Assembly: GCA_950097015.1 (NCBI GenBank)
Contig: CATNEN010000041.1
Location: 2,232,001 to 2,296,000, forward strand
Reading direction: 5' to 3'
From: Macrostomum hystrix
Taxonomy: Eukaryota; Animalia; Platyhelminthes
DNA: 64,000 bases
Position 1 is the first letter of the stretch. Every line of letters begins with the position of its first letter. Shown here in pieces: positions 22,901-36,700 of this stretch. The notes under the pieces were generated by a model that saw only the letters and a list, made by a program, of their open reading frames with translations, did no database searches and had not been told where the DNA came from. A program made the translations under genes and the position numbers.

Positions 22901-25900
22901 CCGAACGGAAGCTATGTGATCCGAGTTCGCTTGACGAAGGACAGCAGAGAGGTTTGGCAGTCGAAAACAGTGTTCGTCCAGTCACAGCAAAGGCCGGTTG
23001 GTCGTCTGAGCTGTAAGCAGAACTGTGACGTCAAAGTTTTAGCCAAGAAGCCGTTCGTGTACAACATTGTGTGCGAGCAGAACTGTGGCCACAAGTTCTT
23101 TGATGTGAGCAGCAACTTGACGATCGCGCGCCTAGATGCCAAGGGAAACGAGCTAGAGTCAGCGGGTCACTTAGCAAACGGTCAGGAGTTGTCCGTTGCA
23201 GCCGGCACGTTGATCGAGAGCTCGTTCTATCGTCTGAGAGGACAGATGTGGAATCTGGGTCAAGAGAGCACGGAGCTTTTTGCCAACGTGATTGTCAATG
23301 GTCCGCCTGTCGGTGGTCACTGTTATGTGGATCCAATAGGTACTTGATCTTAATTATATTTTGGAGTGTTCTCTTTGACTAACCTGACTGGAATGAGTAT
23401 TTTCTATTGAGGCTGCAAACAATCCGTAGTGGCTCGTATTCGTAGTACAATTTTCTACTTGGGATGCTTGCTGGTAGTTGATAACTTGGCTCGTATTCGT
23501 AGTACAATTTTCTACTTGGGATGCTTGCTGGTAGTTGATAACTTGGCTCGTATTCGTAGTACAATTTTCTACTTGGGTTGCTTGCTGGTAGTTGATAACT
23601 TGGCTCGTATTCGTAGTACAATTTTCTACTTGGGATGCTTGCTGGTAGTTGATAACTTGGCTCGTATTCGTAGTACAATTTTCTACTTGGGATGCTTGCT
23701 GGTAGTTGATAACGTGGCTCGTATTCGTAGTACAATTTTCTACTTGGGATGCTTGCTGGTAGTTGATAACTTGGCTCGTATTCGTAGTACAATTTTCTAC
23801 TTGGGATGCTTGCTGGTAGTTGATAACTTGGCTCGTATTCGTAGTACAATTTTCTACTTGGGTTGCTTGCTGGTAGTTGATAACTTGGCTCGTATTCGTA
23901 GTACAATTTTCTACTTGGGTTGCTTGCTGGTAGTTGATAACTTGGCTCGTATTCGTAGTACAATTTTCTACTTGGGATGCTTGCTGGTAGTTGATAACTT
24001 GGCTCGTATTCGTAGTACAATTTTCTACTTGGGATGCTTGCTGGTAGTTGATAACTTGGCTCGTATTCGTAGTACAATTTTCTACTTGGGATGCTTGCTG
24101 GTAGTTGATAACTTGGCTCGTATTCGTAGTACAATTTTCTACTTGGGATGCTTGCTGGTAGTTGATAACTTGGCTCGTATTCGTAGTACAATTTTCTACT
24201 TGGGATGCTTGCTGGTAGTTGATAACTTGGCTCGTATTCGTAGTACAATTTTCTACTTGGGATGCTTGCTGGTAGTTGATAACTTGGCTCGTATTCGTAG
24301 TACAATTTTCTACTTGGGATGCTTGCTGGTAGTTGATAACTTGGCTCGTATTCGTAGTACAATTTTCTACTTGGGATGCTTGCTGGTAGTTGATAACTTG
24401 GCTCGTATTCGTAGTACAATTTTCTACTTGGGATGCTTGCTGGTAGTTGATAACTTGGCTCGTTCGTTATTGGCTCGTTTTTAATCGGATTTTTATCCGT
24501 TATGGGATGAAGAAATTTTTACCTGAGACTGCTTGCCTACCTGGTGTGAATAAAAAATGCGACGTTGCTTCCCAAATTGGATTATTTGTGATTGACTCAA
24601 GTTTTCTATGGATTGAGAATTAGGCACTTGAGTCCAAGGAAATTTCAACTTTGCGGTTTCCTCAGCTACGAAACAGAATGTAGTTTTTTTACCTACTATC
24701 TTCCGGAGCCACGCCTTTATGTGAAAATTTTATGTGAAAACTCCTACTGTCAAATATTTATTTCAGAACTGAATCTAAGGACTCCGGCTCAGCTTGTCTG
24801 CGTCAACTGGACTGAATTCGGAGTCGCTACAGCACCTTTGGCCTACTCAGCAGCGCTGTTCCGGTCTGAGTCACCCCAACCTCTATCTCGATTCACATCG
24901 AGCGGCGCCAGCTTCCCCAGACTGCTGCTGCCCCTCGGAGCAACCAGCGGCTGGGGCACGGTCCAGTTTTTCATCGCGGACTCCTTCGGATATGAAGCGA
25001 CCATCAACATCAACATTTCGGTCAGCATGCTTTGTCATATTTGCTAGAATATTTAGCCTTTTTCTAGCAATGTAATTGAAAGTTTAAACACACGATGCAG
25101 ATTTCAGCCTTGTCTTGCACGTCAATCGAGCTGTTGGTAGATCTGGGAAACTTGCTGAGCTCCGGCAGTTCGGATGTAAGCAGATTCCTGAGCTCCGGAG
25201 ATTACAGCGCCGCTGCGGTTACACTGAATTCCATCGCACTGGTGCTAAATGCCTGGAATGAGGACGCTGAAGGAGCCGCTTCAACGCCGGAAAAGCGGGC
25301 GGCTTTCGACTTGCAGATGGCATCCGTAAAATATTTCATTTGCCTTTCCGGTGGCTAGAAAGCCCGCAAGATTTCTTGCTTGCTGATGCCTGAAATCTCT
25401 AACCTGAATTTCAGATGAGATTGAAGTTTCTAAACTTTGTGGACGCATTCCCCATGAACTACTCAACGGATGCGCTCAAAACTACATCAAATCTTCTGCG
25501 ACTTGGGGTCAATAAGCCGAGCCAGTTGGACATTGCTGGGCAGGTGAGAAATCAAATGACCGATAAAGTTCCGCTTTTTTATTTCGTCTAATCAACATCG
25601 CTGCGTGTTACGACCGGACCTTGTCATTAACCGACCTTCTGGTGTGGCTTGAGGTCTGCCCCTGCCCAGAAAATTCTAATGCTTTCTGGGTCAAACCTTC
25701 ATAATATACTTTAGAACTTTTTAGCTAGTCTGTTTCTTCCACATTTCTTCAGTTAAGCTATTATTATTAAGCACAAAATTGTGCTAGCTGAAAATCCCGA
25801 AACAATAGCTATCCAGAAAGCTGACCTTCCAGCGAAAACGATCAGCGGAGGTGATGCATAATATGAGAAACCATATTTCTACCTTGATCAGGAGCTTGCA

Positions 25901-28900
25901 ACAACAGTGATGAGAAAGGTCGTTTCACAGACCTGGCTTGATCGCAAGAACATTTCACAACAGACAAGCGAGGAAATTCAAAATGACCAAATTAAAACTG
26001 GACTTAGCATTTGGAACGCCTCCGAGGCCTGGGCAGGAAACTACAGTGACATTGCGCAGGTGAAAAGTGTTATGCTCAAGATGCTCGACTGCATCGACGA
26101 AGTCGGACTTCTAGCTCTAGAGACAGTCACCAACTTCACAAAGATTGAGTCTGGCTTCGCTTTAATAGGCATCACCCAGGACACTCCGGATGCGAATGTG
26201 ACCGGAGCAAAAGTGGACACTGACATTGGGAGCATCTCCCTGCCAAGATTCTCCAGCACAAATCCATCTGGAAGGTGCAATGTCACACTAATGATGAGTA
26301 CATCGAATCCGTATCATTGGAGTCAATCACGATCCAAAGTAACCACATCTTTCCTGCGAGGCCGCTCTCAAGGATGCAGCTTTGATGACTTCCAGAATAG
26401 GGGTCGATCCAAGCGTTCAACCCCATCAGCACTGACTTATCAGCTTCAATTGGCCTCGCATGAGGAACCGCTGCTAAGAGTTACTGCGACGCCCACTGAC
26501 AAGTGGCTCATGATGTATCACCACTTCGTGGCTACAGGAGACGCTGTTCAGCTTGTCGTTCAGCCTGATGCGAACAACCAACTAGAACTTTTTGTTAACG
26601 AAGGCACACTACCAGATCCTCAGAATCACACACTGTACAGATTGGTTCCGCAGTCCTTGAATTCGACCAGCGGCAAAGCGAGTACTCAGGAGCTCATTCT
26701 GCTTCCAGCAAGTCTCTTCTCAGTCAACCAGAGTGTGTTCATTGGAATGAGGAGGCTGGGCTGCTCAAGAGATCCATCAGGTACTCCCAACTGTGGCAAC
26801 ACCACCTTGTCCTATCAGCTGAGAATCTCAACCCAACTTTGCTACTCATGGGACAGCGTGGCCGAGGAGTGGCGAGTGTTGGAAGCAACAAGCTGCCAGG
26901 TGAGTGATCTGACACCACTGAATCACGTAACAGTTCTTGTGGATGACCAACTATTGGTAAGATTTAACTCTGTCTCACAGGCCAGCGACCAGACTGCGGT
27001 GGGAAGGCCGGCCTTCAAGGTTCACCTGTTCGGCAGCATCGGAGCTGGAATCTCATTTATGCCAAACACCATCAACTTCGGCAAGCTGTTTGAGAACTGG
27101 CAGGGCAAGCTGAGTGAAAGCAGGGCGGTGCTGTCAGTCGTGATCGCTCTGTGGGTGCTGTTCATTCCGCTGGCAGTGATCCTGAGGCGCATGGACCTCC
27201 GAGATGCACAGAAGGTGAGCAGTCGCTTCGACTGAGTCTGCCGCTCGGAATCTGGCTAATGCTCACTCGTTCACTTTTCAGTTTCGATTCTTGCCTCTAA
27301 AAGACGAGCAGCAGAGTAAGGAATTCGTCTACAAGATTGAAGTGTTCAACGGGTCTAACAAGGGAAATGAGGTTCCACTCGGAGTCTTTATCTCAGTCAA
27401 GGGACTCAATGCAAGTCAGCTGGTGAGAACTCTGCACGATGGAGAGAGACGGGTGAGAGTTGTTTCAGTGCACCTTCAATGTACGATGATAGAGATTCAA
27501 TTGCAAAATCTCAAATACTTCGTTCATTTTTAGAACTTTTTGAGAGGAACTGTCGACAACTTCTTAATGACTGCCGATGAGCATCTCGGAGACATTCGGT
27601 CCATCTGCCTGACATACGACAAGACAGAGTCGGGAGCAGGACGCTGGTATGTCGGTCGCGTGATCGTCACGGATTGCAGTACGGACTACAGATATGTCTT
27701 CCTGGTGGAAGACTGGCTGAGTCCTGGCGTCGATGCTTCAGTCAACTGCGCCTCCTCACTCGACCTAAAGTTCTCGAAGAACCTCGTTCGCAACCACCTG
27801 AGCAGAAGATTGCAGGACGACCACATCTGGCTCTCAATGCTTCGGCGAAAGGTGGACACAAACTTCAGTAGACTGCAACGTCTTGGAGTGTGCTGGAGCT
27901 TGCTGTTCATGACGATGATCGCGAACGCCATGTGGTGAGTGTCAGGCTGGCTGGATTGACTAACGAGGTACAAGCGTATCTAACATGAGCTTTTAACGTA
28001 TAAATCAGAGGAAATAAACAAACTCAATAACGTGAAACTAGGTACAAAGTCGCCGACAGCTCGTCAGAGGCCTTCCGAATCGGACCAGTCAAGGTGTCCT
28101 ACGGATCTCTCATCACATCCATTCTCGGTGCGTTCACAGTGCTGCCGGTTTCCATGGCGACGGTGCTGTTGTTTCTAAAGTCGAAGCGGCAGCCAGACCA
28201 CACTGAGGCAGCACAGCGGTACCAGCCTGAGTCGAGTCGCTGTCGGCGAGTCATCAGCAGCGATGCGGCCACAGAGGAGGAGCCCGGAGCTGAGGAACAG
28301 AAGAAGAGCTGGTTCTCGCAGCTGCTGCTACCGCACTGGTGCCAGTACGTTGGCTGGGTGCTGCTCATCGCGAGTGTTCTCACGGCTGGGGTCTTTATCG
28401 TCTTCTACGCAATGGACTGGGGCAAGGACAAGTCTGAGGACTGGCTGCTCGCGTTTTTCTTGTCCTTCTTCGAGACGGTGCTTCTCATTCAGCCGCTCAA
28501 GGTGCTGGCCGTCGGGCTGGTGCTGGCTCTGCTGATGAGGAAGGACTACGACTCCATGGACTCTCGCTGCATCCGAGTTCGCGAGCTGCAGGACAGCCGA
28601 GGTCAGATATTGTACCAATCATCTCTTACCATCAGTGCTGTGCTCATGTCTCTCATGCTCAGACATCCTGCTCACTGTTCACTTCCCCCCTGCTCACTTC
28701 CAGAGAAGTTCACGACGTTACAAGATGTCCTGGCCTCTCAGTCGAACGACAAACTCAGAAAAAAGGCAAAGTCGACGGCAATCAGCATCGGTCTGAACCT
28801 GGCGTACCTATTCCTCCTGTACTGTGTCTGTTATGGATCGATGGACCCGATCGCGTTCCATCTGAACAACGGCCTGAAGATGCGACTCACTGTCAACCAG

Positions 28901-30576
28901 CCGAGCCCACAGTTCAGTCTCGACAAGGTATGTACTCGTAATCAGCTGTGAAATCCGTCTATGACAAAGTGACATCTCAAGCAAACAACAAACCGAATTG
29001 CAGGTGCAAAAGTGGGAAGACCTCCATGCGTGGTTCAATCACACGATTTTGCCGAACCTGTACCCCACACTGGCAGTGAATGGCAGACCACTGAGTGAGG
29101 CTGAACAAAAGTTCATTTCCGATGGTGTGGGATTCCGCCTTGGCCAGGTGAAGTTGCGACAGCTCAGGGTGCGTCCGTTGCGTCGAGACTCTCTGGCCGA
29201 GTCTGGCGAGTACAGTGCCCGCACCGAGGACCGCAGCTGCTACGGAATCGGCTGGAGCACTCAGCTACTCTGCAACAAGAGCGCGAAAGGCCTGGTCGCA
29301 GCTTTCCAGTCAAAGCAAGTCAGCCCGTGGCCGACTTGGGGCACCTACAACTCTTACAGTGGAAGTGGCTACGTGCTCGATCTGCCCAACAACTTCTCCG
29401 AGGCTGCCGCGTTGCTGAATGAAGCCAGACTGCAGCATTGGATCGACAACTACACCAGAGCAGTGCTGGTCGAGTGCAGCTTGTTCTATCCCGACACGAA
29501 CTTCTTCACCTCTGTGTCCATCCTGACTGAGCTGCCTCCGTTCGGCGGCGCCTTGAGCTCCGCCAGTCTCCGATCGACGAGTCTCTATCGCTACATCGGT
29601 GCCAGCGGAGCTCTCAGACTGTGTGCTGAGCTGCTGGCCGCCGCCACGACGCTCATTCTGCTGCTGTTGCAGCTGCGAGCCTGCTGGCAGCAGGGACCTT
29701 CCAGTTACCTCTCCAATGCTTGGAATCTGTGCCGCTTGCTCACCAGCCTCATCATGATCGCTGGACTCATCTTCCTCCTGCTGCGCAGCTTCGCCACAGT
29801 CGCAGCTCTCGAGTCCATGCAGAACTCCAACACTGGCAGTCTGGAAACCGTCATGTTCTTCGACGAGTCGTTTTACTACTGCCTCGGAATCGCCATGTTC
29901 TTCGTGCAGATCGGCTTCCTGAACCTGGTCCGCTACTCCCGCAGCCTTGCGCACCTGTCGGGCACTCTGAGGAACTCCGTGTCTGAGCTGACCTCCTTCT
30001 TCTGGCTTTTCCTCGTGATCTTCTTGGCCTTCGCCTTCACCACATACCTGGTTCTGTGCCCGGTGGACGGCGAGTATCGCAGCCTGATGCAGACGCTCAT
30101 CACCCAGCTGTCTGTGATGCTTGGAAAGTTCAATGCCACCTTCGAGGACAGCCGAAGCGCTCTGTACAAGGTTCTGTTCTTCTCCTACACGTTCACCATC
30201 GTATTCATCGTGCTCAACATCTTTGTTGTGCTGCTCAACGATAGCTACGCAGACGCCACGAAGAGCGACGAGAACAGTCAGCAGCAGGAGGCCTTCCAGG
30301 TTATTGACACGATTTTTGAATCATTGAAGTCCGTGGTTCGCCCAAGTCGTCAGTCGCCATACATTGACGACGGTTACTCCAATGGTAAGTTTAAAATAAG
30401 TTCTTGTCCTCAATCTTTTCATGCCTGTTAGGTGGACAAGTAGGCAGTTTTCGCGAATTCGTCGATTGACAAAGGGACTGATTTTCACGAAATTCTCAGG
30501 TGTGGAAGCTAGCGCCATAGTTCTTCTGGAGAGGCTGGATGAGCTGCAGCAGCACGTGGGCAGCCACCTTCGCTGA
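10912..30576 (+). CDS. Polycystin-1-like (PKD1L/REJ family) 11-TM receptor-channel, paralog 1, ~4,000 aa, ~23 exons; one +1 frameshift at 22891
   Basis: Exons traced with compatible phases: 10912-10993 (signal peptide), 11160-11633, 12127-12344, 12836-12977, 13939-14346, 14534-14815, 16526-16647, 16757-16918, 17059-17211, 17486-18115, 18279-19349, 19675-20106, 20186-23339, 24767-25020, 25101-25325, 25415-25543, 25892-27214, 27282-27452, 27534-27934, 28042-28601, 28704-28927, 29004-30384, 30500-30576. Recognisable PKD repeats (TNFGDS..HSY..AGNY.V), REJ (LPYGLYNVSF, FQWSC), GPS-like CYSWD..W, PLAT (RGTVDNF, WYVGRVIV), TOP domain (LRQLRV, YSGSGY, WIDNYTRAV) and pore/S6. Confidence 0.9.
14912..16250. 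repeat. 17-bp minisatellite (CCACAAACCCCTGCCTA), ~75 copies, intron of polycystin paralog 1
   Basis: Read directly; absent from the matching intron of paralog 2. Confidence 0.96.
23431..24456. repeat. 57-bp minisatellite, 18 near-identical copies, intron of polycystin paralog 1
   Basis: Unit GGCTCGTATTCGTAGTACAATTTTCTACTTGGGATGCTTGCTGGTAGTTGATAACTT; 1026 bp = 18 x 57. Confidence 0.97.
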
Positions 30577-31200
30577 GATCCAGAATTTTTAAAAGCATTG
30601 ACAATTTTTTTAGCTGTTTCTATTGAAAGGGAAAACAGTCCTGAATATATCCTTGACTCTGCTTCTATTTTGTTTTCTTTGTTCATTAGTTTTTTAGAAT
30701 TGTTTTTTTCGATGCACAGCTTCTGAAAGCGATATTTTTAATGATTTTCTCTATGCAATTGTACGATGTCTTGTTTGAACCTTATAGAAAAAGACCCATA
30801 CTAATCAGTAGAATCAGCAGAATGACAACTGTGCGAGCGGGGTGAAGCCTTTCAGAGCGGTCTACTTTTTGCTGACAGGAATTTAAGAACAGTTAGGAAC
30901 AGGCAGGTGTCACAGACAGGCATGTTTCCCACCTTTTTTATTCCCCTTGTAGATCCGCCGATCACATTTCCACTTTTTTCAGGCTTCTTCTTCTTATATT
31001 TTCTTTTAATTGCTTTAGGCAGCACATGTTAAGCTATTTATTTTTTTCTGTAATTGGCCTCAAGTTTGCACTTAGTCTCTCTGTCTTTTGCAAATAAAGT
31101 GAATTTCCTCGCAGTTGAGGTATCTGCAATCCTACACTTGCAGTTGATGATTCTTCATTGACTTCGACTTCCTTCATTGCCTACGGATTGACTGCTGTCC

Positions 31201-31831
31201 CGGTTAGCGCGTTTGCCTCTCGCACCGAGGTACCTAGAGTCCGATTCCGCGGCGAGGCCACATTCATTTGGGGTGCAGTCGCGGCTAGAAGGAAACACTT
31301 CGATACTCGTATTTTCCAGTGGGTCCATCCACAAGTTTAAAGATCGCAAGGCGCTTTTGGCACTCATTGTTACGACTGAGTTGAAGATCAATTAGAGAAT
31401 TATCAAGGCATTGATAAGTTTCTGAAAGTTGCTTGAGTCCGTTAGATGATGGTAATTTTGCTAATAATAATAATAATAGTAATAACTGCAGGGGGGCTGC
31501 GGGCAACGGCACATCATTTGGTGACACTGGACCCGCAGCCAGCGATGGGAAATTTCACATATGGGAAATTTCAATGAGTCAGCGCTGACTCATAAACAAA
31601 TACACACGCACACAGATACTGTACACAGGTACTCAAACAGGTGTGTACATCTGCCCTGAATTTCTCATCGTCAGGCAGTGTACACTTCACTGCCTTGGAG
31701 GTTGGCCCTCAAGGGCGTAAATTGCACGACAAGTCATCAAGCCTTCTCTCCGCGGCTGCGCCTCAAATGAATGTGGCCTCGCCGTGGAATCGAGCTCAGG
31801 GACCACGCTAACCGCACTGCCACCCACCTCC
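31201..31831. mobile_element. Tail-to-tail SINE pair: + strand 5' fragment (31201-31291) and full minus-strand copy (31462-31831)
   Basis: Homology to the 2643-2992 element, with a (TAA)n tail at 31462. Repeated at 53801-54429. Confidence 0.8.
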
Positions 31832-31993
31832 TATGGAATCCCTGGAGCAGTATTATTGAGTATCTTGGAAACATTTTCTCGTTTCATTGGAAAATAAGTC
31901 TATTCTTAGTGAGCTTTTGGCTTATTGTCTTGCCATATTTCCATATTTAATCCTTTTCACGTCCCGGTTTCATTCACGGCTGAACACAGCCGC

Positions 31994-32128
31994 GATTCTG
32001 TACCCGGTGGACGGCGAGTATCGCAGCCTGATGCAGACGCTCATCACCCAGCTGTCTGTGATGCTTGGAAAGTTCAATGCCACCTTCGAGGACAGCCGAT
32101 CGAAGTTGTCTGTACAAGGTTCTGTTCT
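31994..32128 (+). pseudogene. Short orphan fragment of the polycystin pore exon (YPVDGEYRSLMQTLITQLSVMLGKFNATFEDSR), broken by a small insertion
   Basis: Near-identical to 30053-30187; interrupted by TCGAAGTTG after GAGGACAGCCGA, then the similarity ends. Confidence 0.85.
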
Positions 32129-33710
32129 TCTCCTACTAAAAGGACAGCTAACCTACCTTGTTCTTTCATAAACTTGTTCATAAACTGCTGCTTTCCCCAA
32201 GCCCATTCGCGAGTGCGGGAGAGCACGTGGAAGCGCACCAGCAAACAATGTGAAAGCCTGCAGTTCATCACAATGGCTGTGTTCAGCTAAAGGCAGCTGC
32301 CATCTTCAGCTTGCTTCAGGCAGGGGAGTCGCTGTTTTTGTCCTGCCAGGGTGGGCGCTGAGAACTTCAGAATTTCTCCCGTCAAAGCCTCCGCGCGGCT
32401 CAGGGCCGGCAAATTAGCAGCCTCCAACAATGTGACTCTCGGCAGGCCTGCCGAGGAACTCTGGAAGGACAGCCTCTGCTGTACCTACCCGCAGTTGTTC
32501 TAGCGTTGCTTGTGCTCAAGTGCTCCTGCTGATCTTCTACTTTTAGCTTAACAGCTACGCAGCAGGGCCACGGAAAGACAGCTGAAGGAAGTCCTGCTCC
32601 ACTCCCCTGTCTGCAGGAGAAAGGCTGGACAATGGATTTTGCTAGTAGGGACTGCAAAAGTGCTTAGACATTCAGTCGTTAGAAAGCTTCTCGCACCTAA
32701 GGATGGAAGATCCTGTGGGCCTCAGTAAATAGCTTAGGGGCTCCCGATCTTGTCATTTGAACAGCCACAAAGAGCTTTCGTTTCATTTAAACTCAGACCA
32801 TGTGGTAGAAGCCTCTTGCAAATAATTCACTTGAGGAACTGGTCAGTTGTTTTCCCGATAAGTGAAATTGCAGTAGAGAAATGTTCTCGCTCGGAATGTT
32901 GGTTACAATGTAGATACTGCATATTTCATGAACTAGCTCTTCAGAACAACTGAAACTACTTTTTAGAACGGTTTTCGCTTCATTACGAGCCATATAGAAC
33001 AAGATTCGATTCTAGATAATTGTCTGATGGGGTTCCTAATTTCTCTAGAGTCAAAGGGTATAATTTCACAATGTAAGTTTGGGTCACTAATTTAAGATGA
33101 CGTACGTTTTACGATGATGAAGAAGCAAAATTAATGAAGACGCGGAAATTATTTTACTCCAAGAACTAGCAATGAACAAGCAACAATGGGACCTAGACAT
33201 CGGACCATAGAACAGCTACGAAGCAATCATCAAGGCTGAGTGATGCATGAACTCATTGTATCTCGATGCCACAACTAAGCCACGCACACACGAAACAACA
33301 TCCTGTTAAAATGCTAGCCAATTAAAAAACTTAAGACATCAGTGTTGAACAGGGCTGTCTTTGTGACCGATTCCAATGCATGCGTGGGACAGTTCTAGAC
33401 TTTATTTTACGCGCCTCATCACGCTCTCGTCTCCATGGCTGCGCTAGAATTGCCTCGATGCCGGTACGAGAGATGCACAAATCCACCCCAAAAACGTCCT
33501 TCAAAACAAGAAAAGCGCTTGTCCAATAGGCCTTCAACAATGAGATTTTGGGCAACCCGTGACACAAGTTAGTGGTTGCCAGGTACTCAAACACTAAATG
33601 ATGATTTGTTTCTCGAGACCGCCACTTAAGCCGAATCTCTAGAGCTTCTATCGCTCGATTGAGGGGCTGTCAGAAATTCACCACTCTGACCGGAGAATTT
33701 CAGTGAGACC

Positions 33711-36700
33711 ATGGAAGCCGGCGAAAGTAGCTTTGCCGTTGGCTTCTTGTTGCTGGTGCTGCTGCAGTGCCATCCCTGCTCGACTGCGCTGGGTGAGGAT
33801 TCTGAACACCTGTTTCATACAGACGTTTTTGGTCATACAATAAGCAGTACCTGATCAGCAGGGGCGGTGGGTTCTGGCACACCCATCCGCACCTACCTGT
33901 AGCACGCACCTTTCAATTTATATTGAAAGTGCTCAATATTAAATTGCTAGTTATTTTTCTCGCAAGATTGTCAAGAATAATAGTCACAAAACCAGCGCTG
34001 CTCTAGTTAGAAAATCGTAGTTCACACCACATGTACCGAATAATGAAATTTCAGCACCGCTGGTCACCTACGGAGCTCACCAGGTAAGGGCTGAAGACAC
34101 CGCCTTTCCTGAGTTCCCACCGCAAGCAATCAAGCTCAACTGGTCAATAAACAGCACACTACTGCTCAATGACGTGCAGTGCAGCAACGGCTATGCAACT
34201 TCCAACTACATGCTTTTCACATTCGACTTGGTCAACCTCATCTGGGGCTATGTGATCGGGCAGGATTCGCCTGATACCTACGTCACGACCTTTCGGATTG
34301 AATACGGCGAGTCGCATGAGTCGTTGAAAAGCTACTCACTCGGCAGCAGCGGTGGTGGTATCGGCGGCGATAGCAACCCAGCGCTGCTGCCGGGCATCAA
34401 CAGCAGCCAAACGACCAGCCAGATCTACAAGTTGCCTCTGGGCAGCATCCGGGCCAAGGTGATAAAGCTCACGCCTGTAAGCTTTGTGGGAAACAAGTCG
34501 CTGAAGATTGAGTTCATCGGACAGCCAATCGGTGAGTGAGCAGCCAGGATGCTTTGCTTTTCGGTGAAAAAATTCTGGAAGACAAGCCGAATGCTCAATC
34601 GGATTTCAGAGTGCCCGCCTATCGAACTGTACAAGCTCGCTCTGCCCAACCTGCTGGTTGAGGGCTCCTCCTTCACAGTCGCTTCGATTGCTGGTCAAGT
34701 CGTGGACTTCCAAGATCTCTATCACGTGACGAACGTGTCGATCGGAGGAATTAACTGTTCGAATAGCCAGCCGGTAGAGCTGATATTCCTGAATAGAAAA
34801 GGCGATCGTGTGGGTGGTCTGTTTGTAAGTTCACCATTTTGAAGTGCCTCTGTTTTTTCATAATCAGTACCACCACTTGCTCAGTAAAGGCCTCTTCTGA
34901 TTTACTTCAGAATCTGACCGTGCCCATGGAGGCACTAGTGACGTCATTCGCCCTAAATGCCACAATCAACGCTTGGAAGGTGCAGCTCGTCTTCCCGAGC
35001 AGCATCTGCATGGCTCTGGAATTTTCTTTCTTTGGCTGTCTGGCAAACGGTGAGCAGTTAACAAAAATACGCGAAACATTTTTTACGCGTGGTCCCGAGT
35101 AATTATAGAGTTTTCAGATACAAAATTGAGTTGGCAAGTCATTAAACTCAGCCGTAAACACTATCCAAAATTTTGCGATCGCTGATAAAAAATGTCAAAG
35201 ATTTTATCGCCCCAGCCCTCACTGGGAGTGGCACTCGTAGATCCTAGCTTTTCTTGGGCGGGCTCACTCAATGAGTTTCGACTCTGACAGTGCTTCATAC
35301 GCATCCTTAACCACCAAGGGAGACGCATGGCCCCATCACATACAAGCAACACATACAGATCCTAGCTATGACTGAAATTCCCTTTGTTTAACTCTCTATT
35401 TGACGGCAGCGCAGATGGTTTAATGCCCATGCGGGAGTTTTCATGTTGCGGCTCCTGCAGTGTTTCAGTGGCTCTTTATTCCCAAAGTTAGGTTTCAGCT
35501 GAAAGTTTTCCGCCCTTCCGAGACCAGCTCAGTAGAAAAAGCCAACTGCCTTCTCGCTCATTCATCAGCTGGGTGAAAACTGTAAAAATGCCTGAAACTT
35601 GGAAAATCTTTAAAGCATTATTCAAATTCAACGCTTCACCGCTGCCCGCCGCGGTGGAATTTGTCAATGAAAAGTCGCTGGCTTTCGGCATTAGGTAAAG
35701 GGGCCCCAAGTTCAGGGCCTGCTAGTATTAAGTCCTTTTGCTCTTATGTTTTCTCCTTAGCTTTCACGACACAGAGACATGAAAGTACGCCCACACGAAA
35801 ATCATCACGGACTACACACGAAACTTCACGTAATATTTTCCAAACTTTCTCGAAAGGTGAAAGTACGAGCTATGTCGCGCTTTGTCGTTAGGCCTTTTAG
35901 CAAGAGCTAATTAATGTTAGAATAGCATTTCGGTACAAGATAAGATTAGTAACTCGTATTTTTGTTAGCGCACAAGGAATGAAGCTCGCAACCATCTTGC
36001 TACCAGTCTACGGTGCACAGCTATGTATTTAAGAAACTGGAATTTTTCGCTCTATGCATAGAAAGTCGCGGATCTAATTTCTAGCAAGAGCTAAAAGACA
36101 CCAAGTTTTTTTCAGGTGCATTTTGCTTAATTGCGCCCAAACAGTGCACCTGGCGACATCAATGGCTGCGTGAGGCTGCTTGTCCAACGCGCCAATTGGA
36201 CTGAAAATGGGCGCCCATTGTCCAGCGGTGCTGTGTCGTGTGACTGCCAGGGCAAGTCGCAAGAAAGGCGGCAAGCTTTGGCAGGAAGAAAGTCCAAGAA
36301 AATACCTGCGTCAAGAAAGTCTTAAAAAGAATTTTAGAAAGTCGAGCGAAGATTTTGAATTACCTCTGCGATCTCTGCGGAATCGAAAACTTTACTTAAG
36401 AAAATTCCAATTCCTATGCTTTATTGATTGATAAACAAGCCTTCGTTTAAGTTTTCGTTTCTTTTAGCTTCTCTAGGATTCAAAGCTGAATCAAGCTAAC
36501 GGTGATTTTCAGTATACTTGTAGCCTTTTTGAAGCCCAAATGGCTGGTAGGCATAATAAAAAACGGTCACCGTTCAACTTTAAATCACGAATGCGCTTTT
36601 AACAATCAGTTTAGAAGCTCTGGCAGCATCAGCGTTTTTAGGTTCGTTTTCAAATCGTTTTATGCGGTGCTGACTTGACTGACTCTGATATGCAGAATTT

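Noticed and set aside
23431-24456. CRISPR-like appearance of the regular arrays (also 325-1775, 9593-9984, 55779-56305)
   Set aside because: Head-to-tail repeats with no unique spacers, no cas genes, and a eukaryotic intron context.
23379-24484. Long ORFs on both strands (351 aa and 346 aa)
   Set aside because: They result from a stop-free 57-bp unit inside a GT-AG intron whose flanking exons join in phase without it.
31201-31831. Inverted SINE pair as a 3'UTR dsRNA element
   Set aside because: It lies downstream of the likely polyA signal (AATAAA 31093), so it is probably not in the mature mRNA.
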